From positions 1-60,800 of the forward strand of contig CAZIUM010000002.1 of NCBI GenBank assembly GCA_964542285.1: a stretch of 60,800 nt of DNA, given 5' to 3'. This DNA is from an uncultured Lentisphaerales bacterium (GTDB lineage: Bacteria > Verrucomicrobiota > Kiritimatiellia > RFP12 > JAAYLN01). The notes under the pieces are model-generated. The model saw only the letters and a program-made list of their open reading frames with translations. It had not been told where the DNA came from and did no database searches. Made by a program: the position numbers and the translations under genes. Positions 46,360 to 56,435 of this stretch are shown here, piece by piece (within the stretch, counting starts at the first letter, position 1; the number at the start of each line of letters is the position of its first letter).

Positions 46360-47414
46360 GACGGACGCTTCCTTCCTGCGTTGCGCGGAGCTTCCCGGCG
46401 GATGCGTCGCATGGCATGGTCCATGATCCGCGCGATCAACTCCTCGAACCCGATGCCATTCAAACGACAGAGAATCGGCAGGTCCGAATCCTTCGGATTC
46501 AACCCCGCCAGGGGGTTGACTTCAATAAAGGCCGGGTTTCCGTCGGCATCGCATCGAATGTCCACACGCCCGCCATCGCGGCATCCCAGCACACGCCAGC
46601 ATTGCAGCGCCAGGTCGGATGCATGGTGGGCCACGGCATCGTTTGCCGGCTGGTAGCGAACTCTGTTTTCATAGTCCGCCTTGGTTTCGTAGGAATAGAT
46701 GGCACTGCAATCGGATGGGGCGGCAATCCGTACCTCCATTCCCCCGAGCACTTCCGCCTCCGGCCCCTGCCCGACAATCCCCACCGTGAATTCGCGCCCG
46801 GGAAGAAACGTTTCCACCAGAACCGGCTGCCGGTAGCGCCGCAACAAGTCTGAGCCCACCCGTGCAAGTTCCGACTTCGTGCCCACCCGCGACATCGAGG
46901 AAACGCCCTTGCCGGTGCCCTCGCCCACCGGTTTCAGAAAAAGGGGGTACGACAGATTCACCTTGCGAAGGTCACGTATTTCCCGGACCAGGGTAAACGG
47001 CGCGGTGGACAATCCCGCCGCGGCCACAAGGGTTTTGGCGACCGCCTTGTCCAGGGTGCAGGTCATGACCAGCGGGTCGGAGAAGACATAGGGAATGCGA
47101 TAAGCGTCCAGTAACGCGGGCACCAGCGCCTCGCGTCCCCGGCCATGCAAGCCCTCGGCGATGTTGAAAACCAGGTCCCAGGTGTCGCCGTGGGCAAGGC
47201 GCTCCACCAGTTTCCGGGCCGAGCCAACGCGCTCGACATGAAATCCCAGCCGGGTGAGGGCCTGCTCAATGCCCTCGATCGTTTCAATCTTGTCCAGTTC
47301 GGCGGTTTCCTCATGACCATAGCCGGCGGCCAGATACTCGTCCCGTAAATCGAAAGTCAATCCTACCCGCGTGAAGGGTTTTCGCATCGTTTTGGACTCC
47401 GGCAGCAGCTTCAT
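46356..47414 (-). CDS. D-alanine--D-alanine ligase-like ATP-grasp enzyme
   Basis: 352 aa. Ddl-like layout: N-terminal Rossmann-like lobe, KxxxKxxL, YPLFLKPVGEGTGKGV, ETFLPGREFTVGI and C-terminal RVDIRCD...FIEVNPLAG. Confidence 0.7.
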   Translation of the reverse strand: MKLLPESKTMRKPFTRVGLTFDLRDEYLAAGYGHEETAELDKIETIEGIEQALTRLGFHVERVGSARKLVERLAHGDTWDLVFNIAEGLHGRGREALVPALLDAYRIPYVFSDPLVMTCTLDKAVAKTLVAAAGLSTAPFTLVREIRDLRKVNLSYPLFLKPVGEGTGKGVSSMSRVGTKSELARVGSDLLRRYRQPVLVETFLPGREFTVGIVGQGPEAEVLGGMEVRIAAPSDCSAIYSYETKADYENRVRYQPANDAVAHHASDLALQCWRVLGCRDGGRVDIRCDADGNPAFIEVNPLAGLNPKDSDLPILCRLNGIGFEELIARIMDHAMRRIRREAPRNAGRKRPS

Positions 47415-48808
47415 CCGACGTCATTCAGATCGTACTCGGCGTAAAGATAGGGATGTGCGGGATCGTACTCCGTCAGAGGACGGGGCGCGTCGACACGACC
47501 GATCGGACGGACATTGCTGCCGACGATCCCGAGGCGTTCATCGCCCAGATCCTCGCGACAAGCCGTCAACAGGGACTGAAGGCGGGCGACGACTTCCGGA
47601 TGTTGCGCCTGCAGGTTGGCGGTCTCGCCGATGTCGTTTGCCAGGTCGTAGAGCTCCAGGATTTCCTGCTCGGCATCCTGGGGCCCACGGGCACGGGAGG
47701 CGAACAGTTTCCAACGCCCCGAGCGAACGGCATTGAGACAATTGCCGCGATAGTAGAAAAAGGTTTCATGAGGGGATTCGGCCTCGGAATCTTCCAGCAG
47801 GAGCGTGGAAAGATCGCGTCCGTCAATGATCCGATCCCGGGGTACATCTCCGCCGGCCAGGTTGGCGAAGGTCGGCATCAGGTCCATGGACATGCTCAGC
47901 GCCTTGCATGTGGTCCCGGCTTCAATTTGTCCGGGCCAGCAGAAGATGCCCGGCACCCGGAATCCCCCTTCCCAACTGAGGGCCTTGTGTCCATTGAGCG
48001 GAAGGTTGCTTCCACCTTCGTCGCGACCGCGAGACCCGTTGTCGGACGTGAACACGATCAGGGTGTTTTCGCGCAGGCCGAGCGTTTCCAGCGTGTGTCG
48101 CAACGCACCCACGGACCAATCCACGCAGGCGACGCCGGCGCCGTATCGGCCGTTCCCGCTGGCCTGCAAGAACCGCTCGGGCGCATAGATCGGCAGGTGA
48201 ACATGCATGTGCGCAAGGTAAAGGAAAAAAGGGCGGTCGACATGGGCTCGGATGAAATCGTTACACACATCGACATAGCGTTCCGTCAGGGCCGCCTGGT
48301 CGGGCTGCTGTTGCACGACCTCCTCGTCGCGCAACAAAGGCAGGGGGGGCTTGGCGGGACGGTCGCGTTGTCGTCCCATGTCGTTCGAATAGGGAAGTCC
48401 AAAATAATGATCGAACCCGTGTCGGGTCGGCAAAAACTCCGGCTGGTCGCCACAATGCCATTTTCCCACGATTTGCGTGGCATAGCCCTGGCGCTTCAAC
48501 AAATCCGCAAGGGTGCATTCATCGGGATGGAGTCCTTCGGCATCCCCCGGAAACAACACAAATCCCTTTTCAAAACGGCCGAAGCCCATGCGTTGAGGAT
48601 AACATCCCGTGAGCATGGCGCCGCGCGAGGGACTGCAGACGGAACTGCCCATGTAAAAATCCGTGAAGCGCATGCCTTCCGCGGCCAGGCGATCGAGGTG
48701 GGGCGTATCGTTGCGTCGCGATCCGTAACAACCCAGATCTCCGTACCCAAGATCGTCGCAATTGATCAGAATGATGTTGGGCTGATCGGTGGGGTCACGA
48801 GTATTCAT
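47411..48808 (-). CDS. Cys-type sulfatase (formylglycine-dependent), no signal peptide
   Basis: 465 aa. PNIILINCDDLGYGDLG and SSVCSPSRGAMLTG (C-x-P-x-R). No hydrophobic leader. ATGA overlap with the ATP-grasp start. Confidence 0.85.
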   Translation of the reverse strand: MNTRDPTDQPNIILINCDDLGYGDLGCYGSRRNDTPHLDRLAAEGMRFTDFYMGSSVCSPSRGAMLTGCYPQRMGFGRFEKGFVLFPGDAEGLHPDECTLADLLKRQGYATQIVGKWHCGDQPEFLPTRHGFDHYFGLPYSNDMGRQRDRPAKPPLPLLRDEEVVQQQPDQAALTERYVDVCNDFIRAHVDRPFFLYLAHMHVHLPIYAPERFLQASGNGRYGAGVACVDWSVGALRHTLETLGLRENTLIVFTSDNGSRGRDEGGSNLPLNGHKALSWEGGFRVPGIFCWPGQIEAGTTCKALSMSMDLMPTFANLAGGDVPRDRIIDGRDLSTLLLEDSEAESPHETFFYYRGNCLNAVRSGRWKLFASRARGPQDAEQEILELYDLANDIGETANLQAQHPEVVARLQSLLTACREDLGDERLGIVGSNVRPIGRVDAPRPLTEYDPAHPYLYAEYDLNDVG

Positions 48809-48872
48809 GGCTGGTTATTTTTCCTTGGCAGGGGGCGCGCGAGACCCTCCCTCGGCACGGAACCCCAAAACG

Positions 48873-50210
48873 TTAAAAGAAACGACCCAATGCTTCGCCA
48901 TCGCGCAAGCGGGAAGCGACACGTTGAAGCCTGGCGCAAACACGTTCCCGGCCCAGCAGGGCCAACAATTCGAACAAGCCGGGTCCCTCGCCCAATCCGG
49001 AAACCGCGGCGCGCACCGGATGCACGAGTTTTCCCATGCCGCTTTCGAACTCTTGCGCCAGGGAACGCAGGGCTTCCTCGCTGGACGCCTCGTCGAATTC
49101 CGGCACGGCGACAAAACGTTCCGCGACACGCACCAACAGGTCGGGCACCTCGTCCGGATTCAGGCGTTTGCGCACAACCCGCGGATCGAAGGCGTAGTCT
49201 TCGGTGAAGAAATAGGCGCAGTTGTCCGGCAGGTCGTTGAACGTCTTGGTGCGGGGAATCATCAGGTCCAGGATGTCGTTCCAGGCACTCTCCGCAACGG
49301 AGGCAGGATCGAGTCCGGCCTCCGAAAGCCGTTCGCGAAAGCGGCGATCCAGAACCTCGCGCGGCAGGTGCCGCAGGTATTCTCCGTTCATCCAGGTCAG
49401 TTTTTTTAGATCGAAACGCGCGGCGCTGGACTTGCAGCGTTCCAGCGAAAAGGCCGCTATCATTTCCTCGCGGGTCATGATTTCGCGATCGTTGCCCGGC
49501 GCCCATCCCAACAGCGCCAGAAAATTGAAGAGCGCCTCGGGCAGAAATCCTTGCTCGCGGAACTCGCCTACGAAGGCGGCGCCGTCCCGCTTGGAATAAG
49601 GCTTTCCCATGGCGTTGACGATCATGGGCAGATGCGCGTAGTCCGGCGGATCGATTCCCATGGCGCGGAACAGTTGCATGTGCCGGAAGGTGTTTTCGAC
49701 ATGATCGTCGCCCCGCATCACATGCGTGATGTTCATGTCGGCGTCATCCACCACGTTGGCCAGGTGGAATACCGGGGAACCGTCCGAGCGGACAATTACG
49801 AAATCCTGGGTATCCGCCGCCTTTTTGCGCATGCGCCCCTTGATCAGGTCATTGAATTCGAGCCGTCCCTCGCGCGGCATGCGAAACAGAATGCAACCCG
49901 CGCGATCTCCGCTTGTTTCGCGATAGGCGCTCCCCGATGCCAGCAGCCGTTCGGCGGCGTCCAGGTGGCGTGCGGTGCGCTCGCTTTGGTAAACCGGCGG
50001 TTCGTCGTAATCGAGTCCCATCCACTCCATGACCTCGAGCAATTGTCGAATGGCTTCGGGGGTGGAACGCAACCGGTCGGTATCTTCCACGCGCAACAGG
50101 AAACGTCCACCGGCATGACGGGCGTACAACCAGTTGAAAATCGCCGCCCGGATATTTCCAATGTGCACCTGTCCCGTGGGACTGGGAGCGAAACGTAAAC
50201 GAATCGACAT
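48873..50210 (-). CDS. gltX: Glutamate--tRNA ligase
   Basis: 445 aa. RFAPSPTGQVHIGNIR (HIGH-type motif), VMRGDDH and a KMSKS-like PYSKRDG. Confidence 0.9.
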   Translation of the reverse strand: MSIRLRFAPSPTGQVHIGNIRAAIFNWLYARHAGGRFLLRVEDTDRLRSTPEAIRQLLEVMEWMGLDYDEPPVYQSERTARHLDAAERLLASGSAYRETSGDRAGCILFRMPREGRLEFNDLIKGRMRKKAADTQDFVIVRSDGSPVFHLANVVDDADMNITHVMRGDDHVENTFRHMQLFRAMGIDPPDYAHLPMIVNAMGKPYSKRDGAAFVGEFREQGFLPEALFNFLALLGWAPGNDREIMTREEMIAAFSLERCKSSAARFDLKKLTWMNGEYLRHLPREVLDRRFRERLSEAGLDPASVAESAWNDILDLMIPRTKTFNDLPDNCAYFFTEDYAFDPRVVRKRLNPDEVPDLLVRVAERFVAVPEFDEASSEEALRSLAQEFESGMGKLVHPVRAAVSGLGEGPGLFELLALLGRERVCARLQRVASRLRDGEALGRFF

Positions 50211-50252
50211 TTTTCTTGTTCCTTACTTGCAACTGGCAAGCCGTTCATGCCA

Positions 50253-51845
50253 TTACAAGTGCACGAAGGTGGCGGCCAGGGCAGAGATTTCGTCGGCAAT
50301 GTCGCGCAACAACGCGTCGGCAACCGGGCGGTTCGCCTTCAAGATCACCAGCGAGCGATTGGTCCGGGTGTCGTGCGGATTGCGCATGTCCTCGATGTTG
50401 ATGGACGCGTCCGCCAGCCGGCGGCTGATGGTGGCGATCACTCCCGGACGATCGTCGTAAATGAACAGCAGCATGGCACCATTGGGTTCGAAGTAAAGCC
50501 GGTCGAACTCGTTGACACGCGCCACCATCAGGACGCCTTCGGCCACGGTGCCGCGGACACTGGTGCGCTTGAGTCGATTGTCGGCCTCCTCGACAATCAA
50601 ATCTACGGTAATCGAATTATCGAATCCCTTGCCCGGGTCCACGGAGCGGTTGGCATACTCCACTCCCATTTCCTTCAGGAAGTTGCGCGCGGCGTTGTAG
50701 TCGTTCATGCGGTCGAATTCGTCCCAGATTCCGGACAACACCGACACCAGCAGCCAGCGGGCAAAGGGCTCCAATTGACCGTAAAAGCTGGTTTCGATCA
50801 TCTTGAGCGGATGTCCGGAACCCGCCAACTCACGGGTCAGGCGCGCCAGCGTGAAGGCCAGGTCGCAATAATGCTTGTCGAGTCCTTCGGGAATGTCGCG
50901 GTTGACCACATAAGTGGCGGTGCCCCGCTCGTCGAGTTCGATCAACTGTTCGGCCGCCCGGCGCGCCGCGTTGTGGTTGGCTTCATACGTGCTGGCGCCC
51001 AGGTGCGGCATCATGATGTCGGCCAGGTCCGCAACCTCCTTGGGGCCGGCCTTGTCGGCAGGATAGACATCGTTGAGAAAACGCAGCGGTTTTCCCTTCC
51101 TGGCCGCCCGCAGCGCCTCGACATCCAGAATGCCGGCGCGGGCGCAGTTGACGAGGGTCGCGCCAGGCTTCATCAGCCCCAGCAATTTCTTCCCGATGAG
51201 ATTTCGGGTGTTGGTGGTTTCTGGAATATGAAGCGTGACAACATCGGACTCGGCGAACAGTGCTTCGAGACCGACCGGTTCGATGCCGCTCTCGCGTACG
51301 CGTTCGCCGGCAACCAGGGGATCGTAGCCCAGCAAACGACATTCGAAACCCTTCAGGCGGCGCGCCACCAGCCGCCCGATGTTGCCGAGTCCGACGATGC
51401 CCACGGTCTTGCCTGCCAGTTCGCGTCCCATGAAAGCTTTCTTTTCCCATTTTCCGGCACGGGTGGAGGCATCGGCCGCGACAATGTGCCGCGCGTCCGC
51501 AAGGACCAGGGCAATCACCTCTTCGGCCACGGCATTGGCATTGGCGCCCGGAGTGTTCATGACATCGATGCCGCGTTTTCGGGCGTGACGCAGATCGATA
51601 CTATCGGTGCCTGCGCCGGCCCGGACGATAATCTTCAGCGCTGGAAACCGATCGAGGAGCGTGCGGTCGACCGGTTCGCTGCGCACGATCATGGCATAGG
51701 CTTCAGGATGCGCGGCGGCGAGTTCATCCAAGGGGGTATGGGCATCCTGGATCACCTGGTACTTGCCATGGGCCTGGAGCGTATCGGCGGCAACAGCATC
51801 CAGTTTGGTCGGAATCAAAACTTTTTTCATGCTTCTATATTTCAC
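50253..51845 (-). CDS. serA: D-3-phosphoglycerate dehydrogenase (long form with ASB/ACT domains)
   Basis: 530 aa. VRAGAGTDSIDL, GIVGLGNIGRLVARR NAD motif, HLGAST and a C-terminal ACT-like region. Confidence 0.88.
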   Translation of the reverse strand: MKYRSMKKVLIPTKLDAVAADTLQAHGKYQVIQDAHTPLDELAAAHPEAYAMIVRSEPVDRTLLDRFPALKIIVRAGAGTDSIDLRHARKRGIDVMNTPGANANAVAEEVIALVLADARHIVAADASTRAGKWEKKAFMGRELAGKTVGIVGLGNIGRLVARRLKGFECRLLGYDPLVAGERVRESGIEPVGLEALFAESDVVTLHIPETTNTRNLIGKKLLGLMKPGATLVNCARAGILDVEALRAARKGKPLRFLNDVYPADKAGPKEVADLADIMMPHLGASTYEANHNAARRAAEQLIELDERGTATYVVNRDIPEGLDKHYCDLAFTLARLTRELAGSGHPLKMIETSFYGQLEPFARWLLVSVLSGIWDEFDRMNDYNAARNFLKEMGVEYANRSVDPGKGFDNSITVDLIVEEADNRLKRTSVRGTVAEGVLMVARVNEFDRLYFEPNGAMLLFIYDDRPGVIATISRRLADASINIEDMRNPHDTRTNRSLVILKANRPVADALLRDIADEISALAATFVHL

Positions 51846-51938
51846 CTACAATTTGATACGATGCATGGCGTTGCCGGACGTATGGTCGCCTCCGATCCGA
51901 GACATGCTGTCCAACCCTGACTAAATGCAGAAAAAATA

Positions 51939-52961
51939 ATGTTATCTTTCAGCCTCGTTACTTTCAAGAAGATTCGCGCGACCCCTCTCCTGTGGGTTGT
52001 TCCAGTCTTGACCCTGAGCTTGTCCTGCTTCGCGGCGCCGGCTTCGGATACCATGCCCACGACCGCCCGGGATGGAGTAGCGATCGGTCCGGCCATCGAA
52101 GGGATCGCCGAACGTCCCGAACGAAAACGGCCATCCTTCTGGCGACGGCGTGCCTCCCACGACAGTCCCGCGGATCAAATGCAGGCCGCCCGCCGGGCAG
52201 AGGAGCGCCAGGACTGGCGGCGCGCCGCCCGTCTTTATGAAGCGCTGGTGCGCACCTGGTCCGACGCGCCGGAAGCCGTTAAAGCACAGGAACGCTTGGC
52301 GCGGACTTTCGAAAAACGTCGAAAATATGCCAAAGCGTTCGATGAATATCTCTACCTCCTGCATTACTACGGCGACAAGATCGCCACGATGGAACCGCTT
52401 TCGCGCATGTTCGCGATAGCCAACCATTACCGGGGCAAGAACAGCCGGGACCGCGCACGGCGCATGTTTTCGACGATCGCCGAACTGGCGCCGCAATGGT
52501 CGCGGACTCCCGAAGCGTTGATCTGGGTGGCCCGGTTGCACCGCGAACAGAAAAACCTTCCCGAGGCCGCCCTGGCCTATGATCGCGTGGTGCAGGAGCA
52601 TGCCAACAGTGCCCAGGCTCCCGTCGCCGCCGCCGAAGCGGCGTTTTGCCGCTATCGATTGGCGTTGCGATACGCCAACGACGAATCGATGGCATTGAGT
52701 GCCTTGTCATCCTTTGCCGTTGCCATGGGACGGCAACAGCCCCCCGAATTGCGCGAAAAACTGCGTCAGGCATATGACGATCTGCTCGAACGTCGTGCCG
52801 AGCGACATTACCGTGCGGCCGCGTTTTACGATTCAAGGCGTTATCCGGCCCATGCCGCCATTACCGCCTATCGAGACTTTCTGCGTCGTTTTCCGGAAAC
52901 GTCGCAAGCGGAGATCGTGCGAAAGCGCTTGCATAAATTGACCTCCGGCATGCAAGATTAA
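51939..52961 (+). CDS. TPR-like outer-membrane assembly lipoprotein, BamD-like
   Basis: 340 aa. Hydrophobic leader with a Cys (LSLSC), then helical-repeat content and a C-terminal Y..F...FP.S..A motif (YRDFLRRFPETSQAE) reminiscent of BamD/YfiO. Followed by an LptE-like gene. Confidence 0.45.
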   Translation: MLSFSLVTFKKIRATPLLWVVPVLTLSLSCFAAPASDTMPTTARDGVAIGPAIEGIAERPERKRPSFWRRRASHDSPADQMQAARRAEERQDWRRAARLYEALVRTWSDAPEAVKAQERLARTFEKRRKYAKAFDEYLYLLHYYGDKIATMEPLSRMFAIANHYRGKNSRDRARRMFSTIAELAPQWSRTPEALIWVARLHREQKNLPEAALAYDRVVQEHANSAQAPVAAAEAAFCRYRLALRYANDESMALSALSSFAVAMGRQQPPELREKLRQAYDDLLERRAERHYRAAAFYDSRRYPAHAAITAYRDFLRRFPETSQAEIVRKRLHKLTSGMQD

Positions 52962-52995
52962 CCCATTCAAACGCACCATCAGGAGTTGTAATACC

Positions 52996-53517
52996 ATGCG
53001 CACCCTACGTCGCGGAACTTTGTTGTCCTTGCTGGCCTTGGCGGTCTTGCCTTCGCTGCTGGCCGGTTGCCTGGGGTACCGGGTCGGCACGACCCTGCCA
53101 CCCCATCTGAAAACGGTAGCCGTGGAGCATTATCTCAATAAAACCGGCGAGCCGCAACTGGAAGCCGAAGTCACCCGGGCCGTCCTGCAGGAGTTTCAGC
53201 GCGAAGGACAGCTACGCATCGTCGACGCCCCCCAGGCCGACATCATTCTCAGCGGCGACCTGGTGCGTTACACCCTCGAGCCCATGCGTTACGACCGTGA
53301 CCGTCCGCGAACCGTCCGCGAATACCGAGCCGTCATTCGGGCCGAATACCTGGCCGTCGAACGCGTCAGCGGCAAGATCGTGGCCAAGGGAACCGTTGAA
53401 GGGGACGCCACATTGCCGACAGGGGGCGACCTGGTGACTGCCCGTCGTGGCGCCATGCCCGAGGCGGCACGCCAACTGGCGCACGAAATTGTCACGGCCG
53501 TTGTCAGCGCCTGGTAG
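52996..53517 (+). CDS. LptE-like LPS-assembly lipoprotein
   Basis: 173 aa. Canonical lipobox LLAGC, with size and beta-rich pattern similar to the LptE family. Weak motif evidence only. Confidence 0.45.
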   Translation: MRTLRRGTLLSLLALAVLPSLLAGCLGYRVGTTLPPHLKTVAVEHYLNKTGEPQLEAEVTRAVLQEFQREGQLRIVDAPQADIILSGDLVRYTLEPMRYDRDRPRTVREYRAVIRAEYLAVERVSGKIVAKGTVEGDATLPTGGDLVTARRGAMPEAARQLAHEIVTAVVSAW

Positions 53518-53530
53518 GATTCCGTACGCC

Positions 53531-55456
53531 ATGCCACGAAAAATTCAAGAAGCGCTTGACGGCTGGGACAGTCGCCGCAGTACCGAACTCTACGGTGTCA
53601 ACGCCTGGAGCAACGGGTTTTTTCATATTGCACCGGACGGCTACGCATGCGTAAAACTGCGCAACAGCAGCGGCACCGTCAACATCAAGCTTTGGGACAT
53701 CATTGCCGGCCTGAGCGAACGCGGCATGCGCCTGCCGGTCCTCCTGCGGTTCAGCGACCTGCTGGGGGCCCGCATGGCCTTGATTCATGGTTGTTTCCAG
53801 AAATCGATGGCCGAATACGGCTATCAGAACGTTTATCGCGGCGTCTATCCCATCAAGGTAAACCAGCAACAACAGGCCGTTCATGACGTTGTTTCCTTTG
53901 GAGCCGAATATCATCACGGGCTTGAAGTCGGCAGCAAGGCCGAACTGATTATTGCCTTGGCGAGTTTGCGCGATCCCGAGGCATTTCTGGTCTGCAACGG
54001 GTACAAGGACGCCGAATTCATCGATTTGGCCTTGTCGGCACTTAAAATGGGCCTGCAAAGCCTGCTGGTGATCGAAACCCCCGACGAATTCCGCCTGATC
54101 CGCGAACGCGCCGAGTTGATGGGCATCAAGCCTCGACTCGGCATACGCGTCAAGCTGTCTTCGCGCGCCGGCGGCAAATGGACGGAATCCGGCGGCGACC
54201 GCAGCGTGTTCGGTCTCACGGCCCGGCAGGCGATCGAGATCGTGGACGAACTGCGTCGCCACGAAATGCTCGACAACCTGGAAATGCTCCATTACCACGT
54301 GGGGTCGCAAATTCCGAACATCCGCGACATTCGAGTGGCCATTTCCGAAGCCGCACGGGTATACGTGGGGCTAAAACAGGAAGGAGCCCGCATGGGCATC
54401 CTCGACATCGGCGGTGGGCTGGCGATCGACTATGACGGATCGCGCACCAATTTTCCCAGCAGTGCCAACTATGGCGTGTCCGAGTACTGCGCCGATGTCG
54501 TCGAGGGCATCATGCAGGTGTGTAATCAAGCGGAGGTGCCCCACCCCATCGTCATCAGCGAGTCGGGGCGGGCACTGATCGGCTATTATTCCGTCTTGTT
54601 GATGAATGTGCTCGATACCGCGCAACTGGGGGTTAACGAACTGCCGGGGGATTTTCCGGATCCCCTGCCGCCACCCTTGGCCAACATGCTTGAAGCAGCC
54701 CAGACGCTACGGACCAAGAATTTGCAGGAATATTTCAACGATGCCATTTATTACCGTGACGAGGTCCACGCCGCCTTCGATCATGGACAGATCTCGCTGC
54801 GGCAGCGTGCCCAGGGCGATCAGATTTTCTGGTATATCCTGACCCGCATCGCCTCCGAATTGCACAAGCTCAAAATTGTGCCGGAAGAATTGCGGGAGTT
54901 ACCCAGCCTGATGGCGGATGTCTATTACTGCAATTTCAGCGTTTTCCAGTCCCTGCCGGATGCCTGGGCGATCGAACAACTCTTTCCGATCATGCCCATC
55001 CACCGCCTGAACGAGAAACCGACCCGGCATGCCTATCTTTCCGACATCACCTGCGATTGCGACGGCAAGATCGACCGGTTCATCGACTTGCACGATGTCA
55101 GCAACACGCTGCCGGTGCATTCGTTCAAGCGTGGCGACGAATATGTGCTGGGGGCCTTCCTGGTGGGAGCCTACCAGGAAACGCTTGGCGATTTGCACAA
55201 TCTGTTCGGCGACACCAATGTCGTCAGCATTCGTGTCGACGAAGACGGCGAAATCGAATACGTAGAGGAAGTCGACGGCGATTCCGTTGGGGACGTGCTG
55301 AGTTATGTCGAATACAACCCCGCCCGCCTGACGGAACAATTCCGCACCCTGGCGGAAGAGGCCGTAAAGCACAAACGCATCACTCCGGCGGAGCGGCGTG
55401 AGGTCCTGGCCAAGTTCGAAGCCGGGTTGCGCGGGTATACCTATTTCGAAGGATGA
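53531..55456 (+). CDS. speA: Biosynthetic arginine decarboxylase
   Basis: 641 aa from the ATG at 53531. W...S.ELYGVNAWSNGFF, YPIKVNQQ (PLP lysine), GLEVGSK and DIGGGL blocks. Confidence 0.9.
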   Translation: MPRKIQEALDGWDSRRSTELYGVNAWSNGFFHIAPDGYACVKLRNSSGTVNIKLWDIIAGLSERGMRLPVLLRFSDLLGARMALIHGCFQKSMAEYGYQNVYRGVYPIKVNQQQQAVHDVVSFGAEYHHGLEVGSKAELIIALASLRDPEAFLVCNGYKDAEFIDLALSALKMGLQSLLVIETPDEFRLIRERAELMGIKPRLGIRVKLSSRAGGKWTESGGDRSVFGLTARQAIEIVDELRRHEMLDNLEMLHYHVGSQIPNIRDIRVAISEAARVYVGLKQEGARMGILDIGGGLAIDYDGSRTNFPSSANYGVSEYCADVVEGIMQVCNQAEVPHPIVISESGRALIGYYSVLLMNVLDTAQLGVNELPGDFPDPLPPPLANMLEAAQTLRTKNLQEYFNDAIYYRDEVHAAFDHGQISLRQRAQGDQIFWYILTRIASELHKLKIVPEELRELPSLMADVYYCNFSVFQSLPDAWAIEQLFPIMPIHRLNEKPTRHAYLSDITCDCDGKIDRFIDLHDVSNTLPVHSFKRGDEYVLGAFLVGAYQETLGDLHNLFGDTNVVSIRVDEDGEIEYVEEVDGDSVGDVLSYVEYNPARLTEQFRTLAEEAVKHKRITPAERREVLAKFEAGLRGYTYFEG

Positions 55457-55465
55457 CGCGGAGCT

Positions 55466-56422
55466 TCAACCGCGACAGGGCGCGTCCCGTGGCAGGCAGT
55501 CCGGCGGTTCCGGGGCATGCAACGACAGATGGTGCCAGCGACAAGCTTCTTCGGAAGGTCCCGCTTCACGTTCGAAGCAATGGCGCCAACGGTTCTGGAA
55601 CCGCAGTCCGTTGCGGATCACCACCGAGGCATTGTTGACGGAAGGCGTACCCTGGGTGGTCGTGCTTTCGAGGTGATACATCTCTGCGGCAGGCTCGTAC
55701 CAGGCTTCCCACCCTTGCTCGCGGAGTCGGTAACACAAATCGAAATCTTCAAACTGCACGGGGTTGAACACCTCGTCGAAGCCACCATGCCGACGGATCA
55801 GCTCGCCACGCATCATGAGACAGGCACTGATCAGACATTGTACCGGCTCGGCCCGGTTGAAACGTCGATCCCGTCGATCTTCCCCACGGCCTCGAAAACA
55901 AACATGGCCGCGTTTGGAAATCCCGACGCCGGCACATTGAATCCGGTAGGGGCTCCAGGGATAGATCATCTTTGCGCCAGCCATGCCGATGGTGGTTCCC
56001 GCTTCGATGCGTGCGCGTAACAAGGGCAACCAATGCATGGTACGCGGTTCGACATCATTGTCCAGAAACACGATGTATCGGCCGCCGGCGATTTCCAGCG
56101 CCTGGTTGCGCGCCGTACTGCACCCGATGTTGCGGTCGTTGAAGATCGTTCGCACCGACACGTTATGGCTTGCGGCGAGCCGCGGAAGTTCCCGTGCCAG
56201 CCAGTCCTTAGAACCATCTTGCGAACCGTTGTCGACCGCGATCAGCTCGGCACTGTCGTCGAAAAGCGTATGGGTCAGGATTCCAGACAGGCAACGGCGG
56301 GTAGTCTCCAGCTTGTTGTGTGACAGGGTGATCAGTGAATAGCGTGGAGGTCGAAAACACTCGTTGTCGACCGGTTCTATTTTTTGCGTATCGTGCGATT
56401 CGGCGTACATGAATCTATCCAT
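55466..56422 (-). CDS. Family 2 glycosyltransferase
   Basis: 318 aa. LITLSHNKLETTRRCL, AVDNGSQDGS and a DNDVE (DxD) motif. Confidence 0.8.
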   Translation of the reverse strand: MDRFMYAESHDTQKIEPVDNECFRPPRYSLITLSHNKLETTRRCLSGILTHTLFDDSAELIAVDNGSQDGSKDWLARELPRLAASHNVSVRTIFNDRNIGCSTARNQALEIAGGRYIVFLDNDVEPRTMHWLPLLRARIEAGTTIGMAGAKMIYPWSPYRIQCAGVGISKRGHVCFRGRGEDRRDRRFNRAEPVQCLISACLMMRGELIRRHGGFDEVFNPVQFEDFDLCYRLREQGWEAWYEPAAEMYHLESTTTQGTPSVNNASVVIRNGLRFQNRWRHCFEREAGPSEEACRWHHLSLHAPEPPDCLPRDAPCRG

Positions 56423-56435
56423 TCTGATGGCTACG

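Noticed and set aside
47453-49207. 584-aa plus-strand ORF
   Set aside because: It is antisense to the sulfatase and the 3' end of gltX. It spans an intergenic gap between two real genes, which a true gene would not be expected to do.
50247-51920. 557-aa plus-strand ORF
   Set aside because: It is antisense to serA, which has clear NAD-binding and catalytic motifs.
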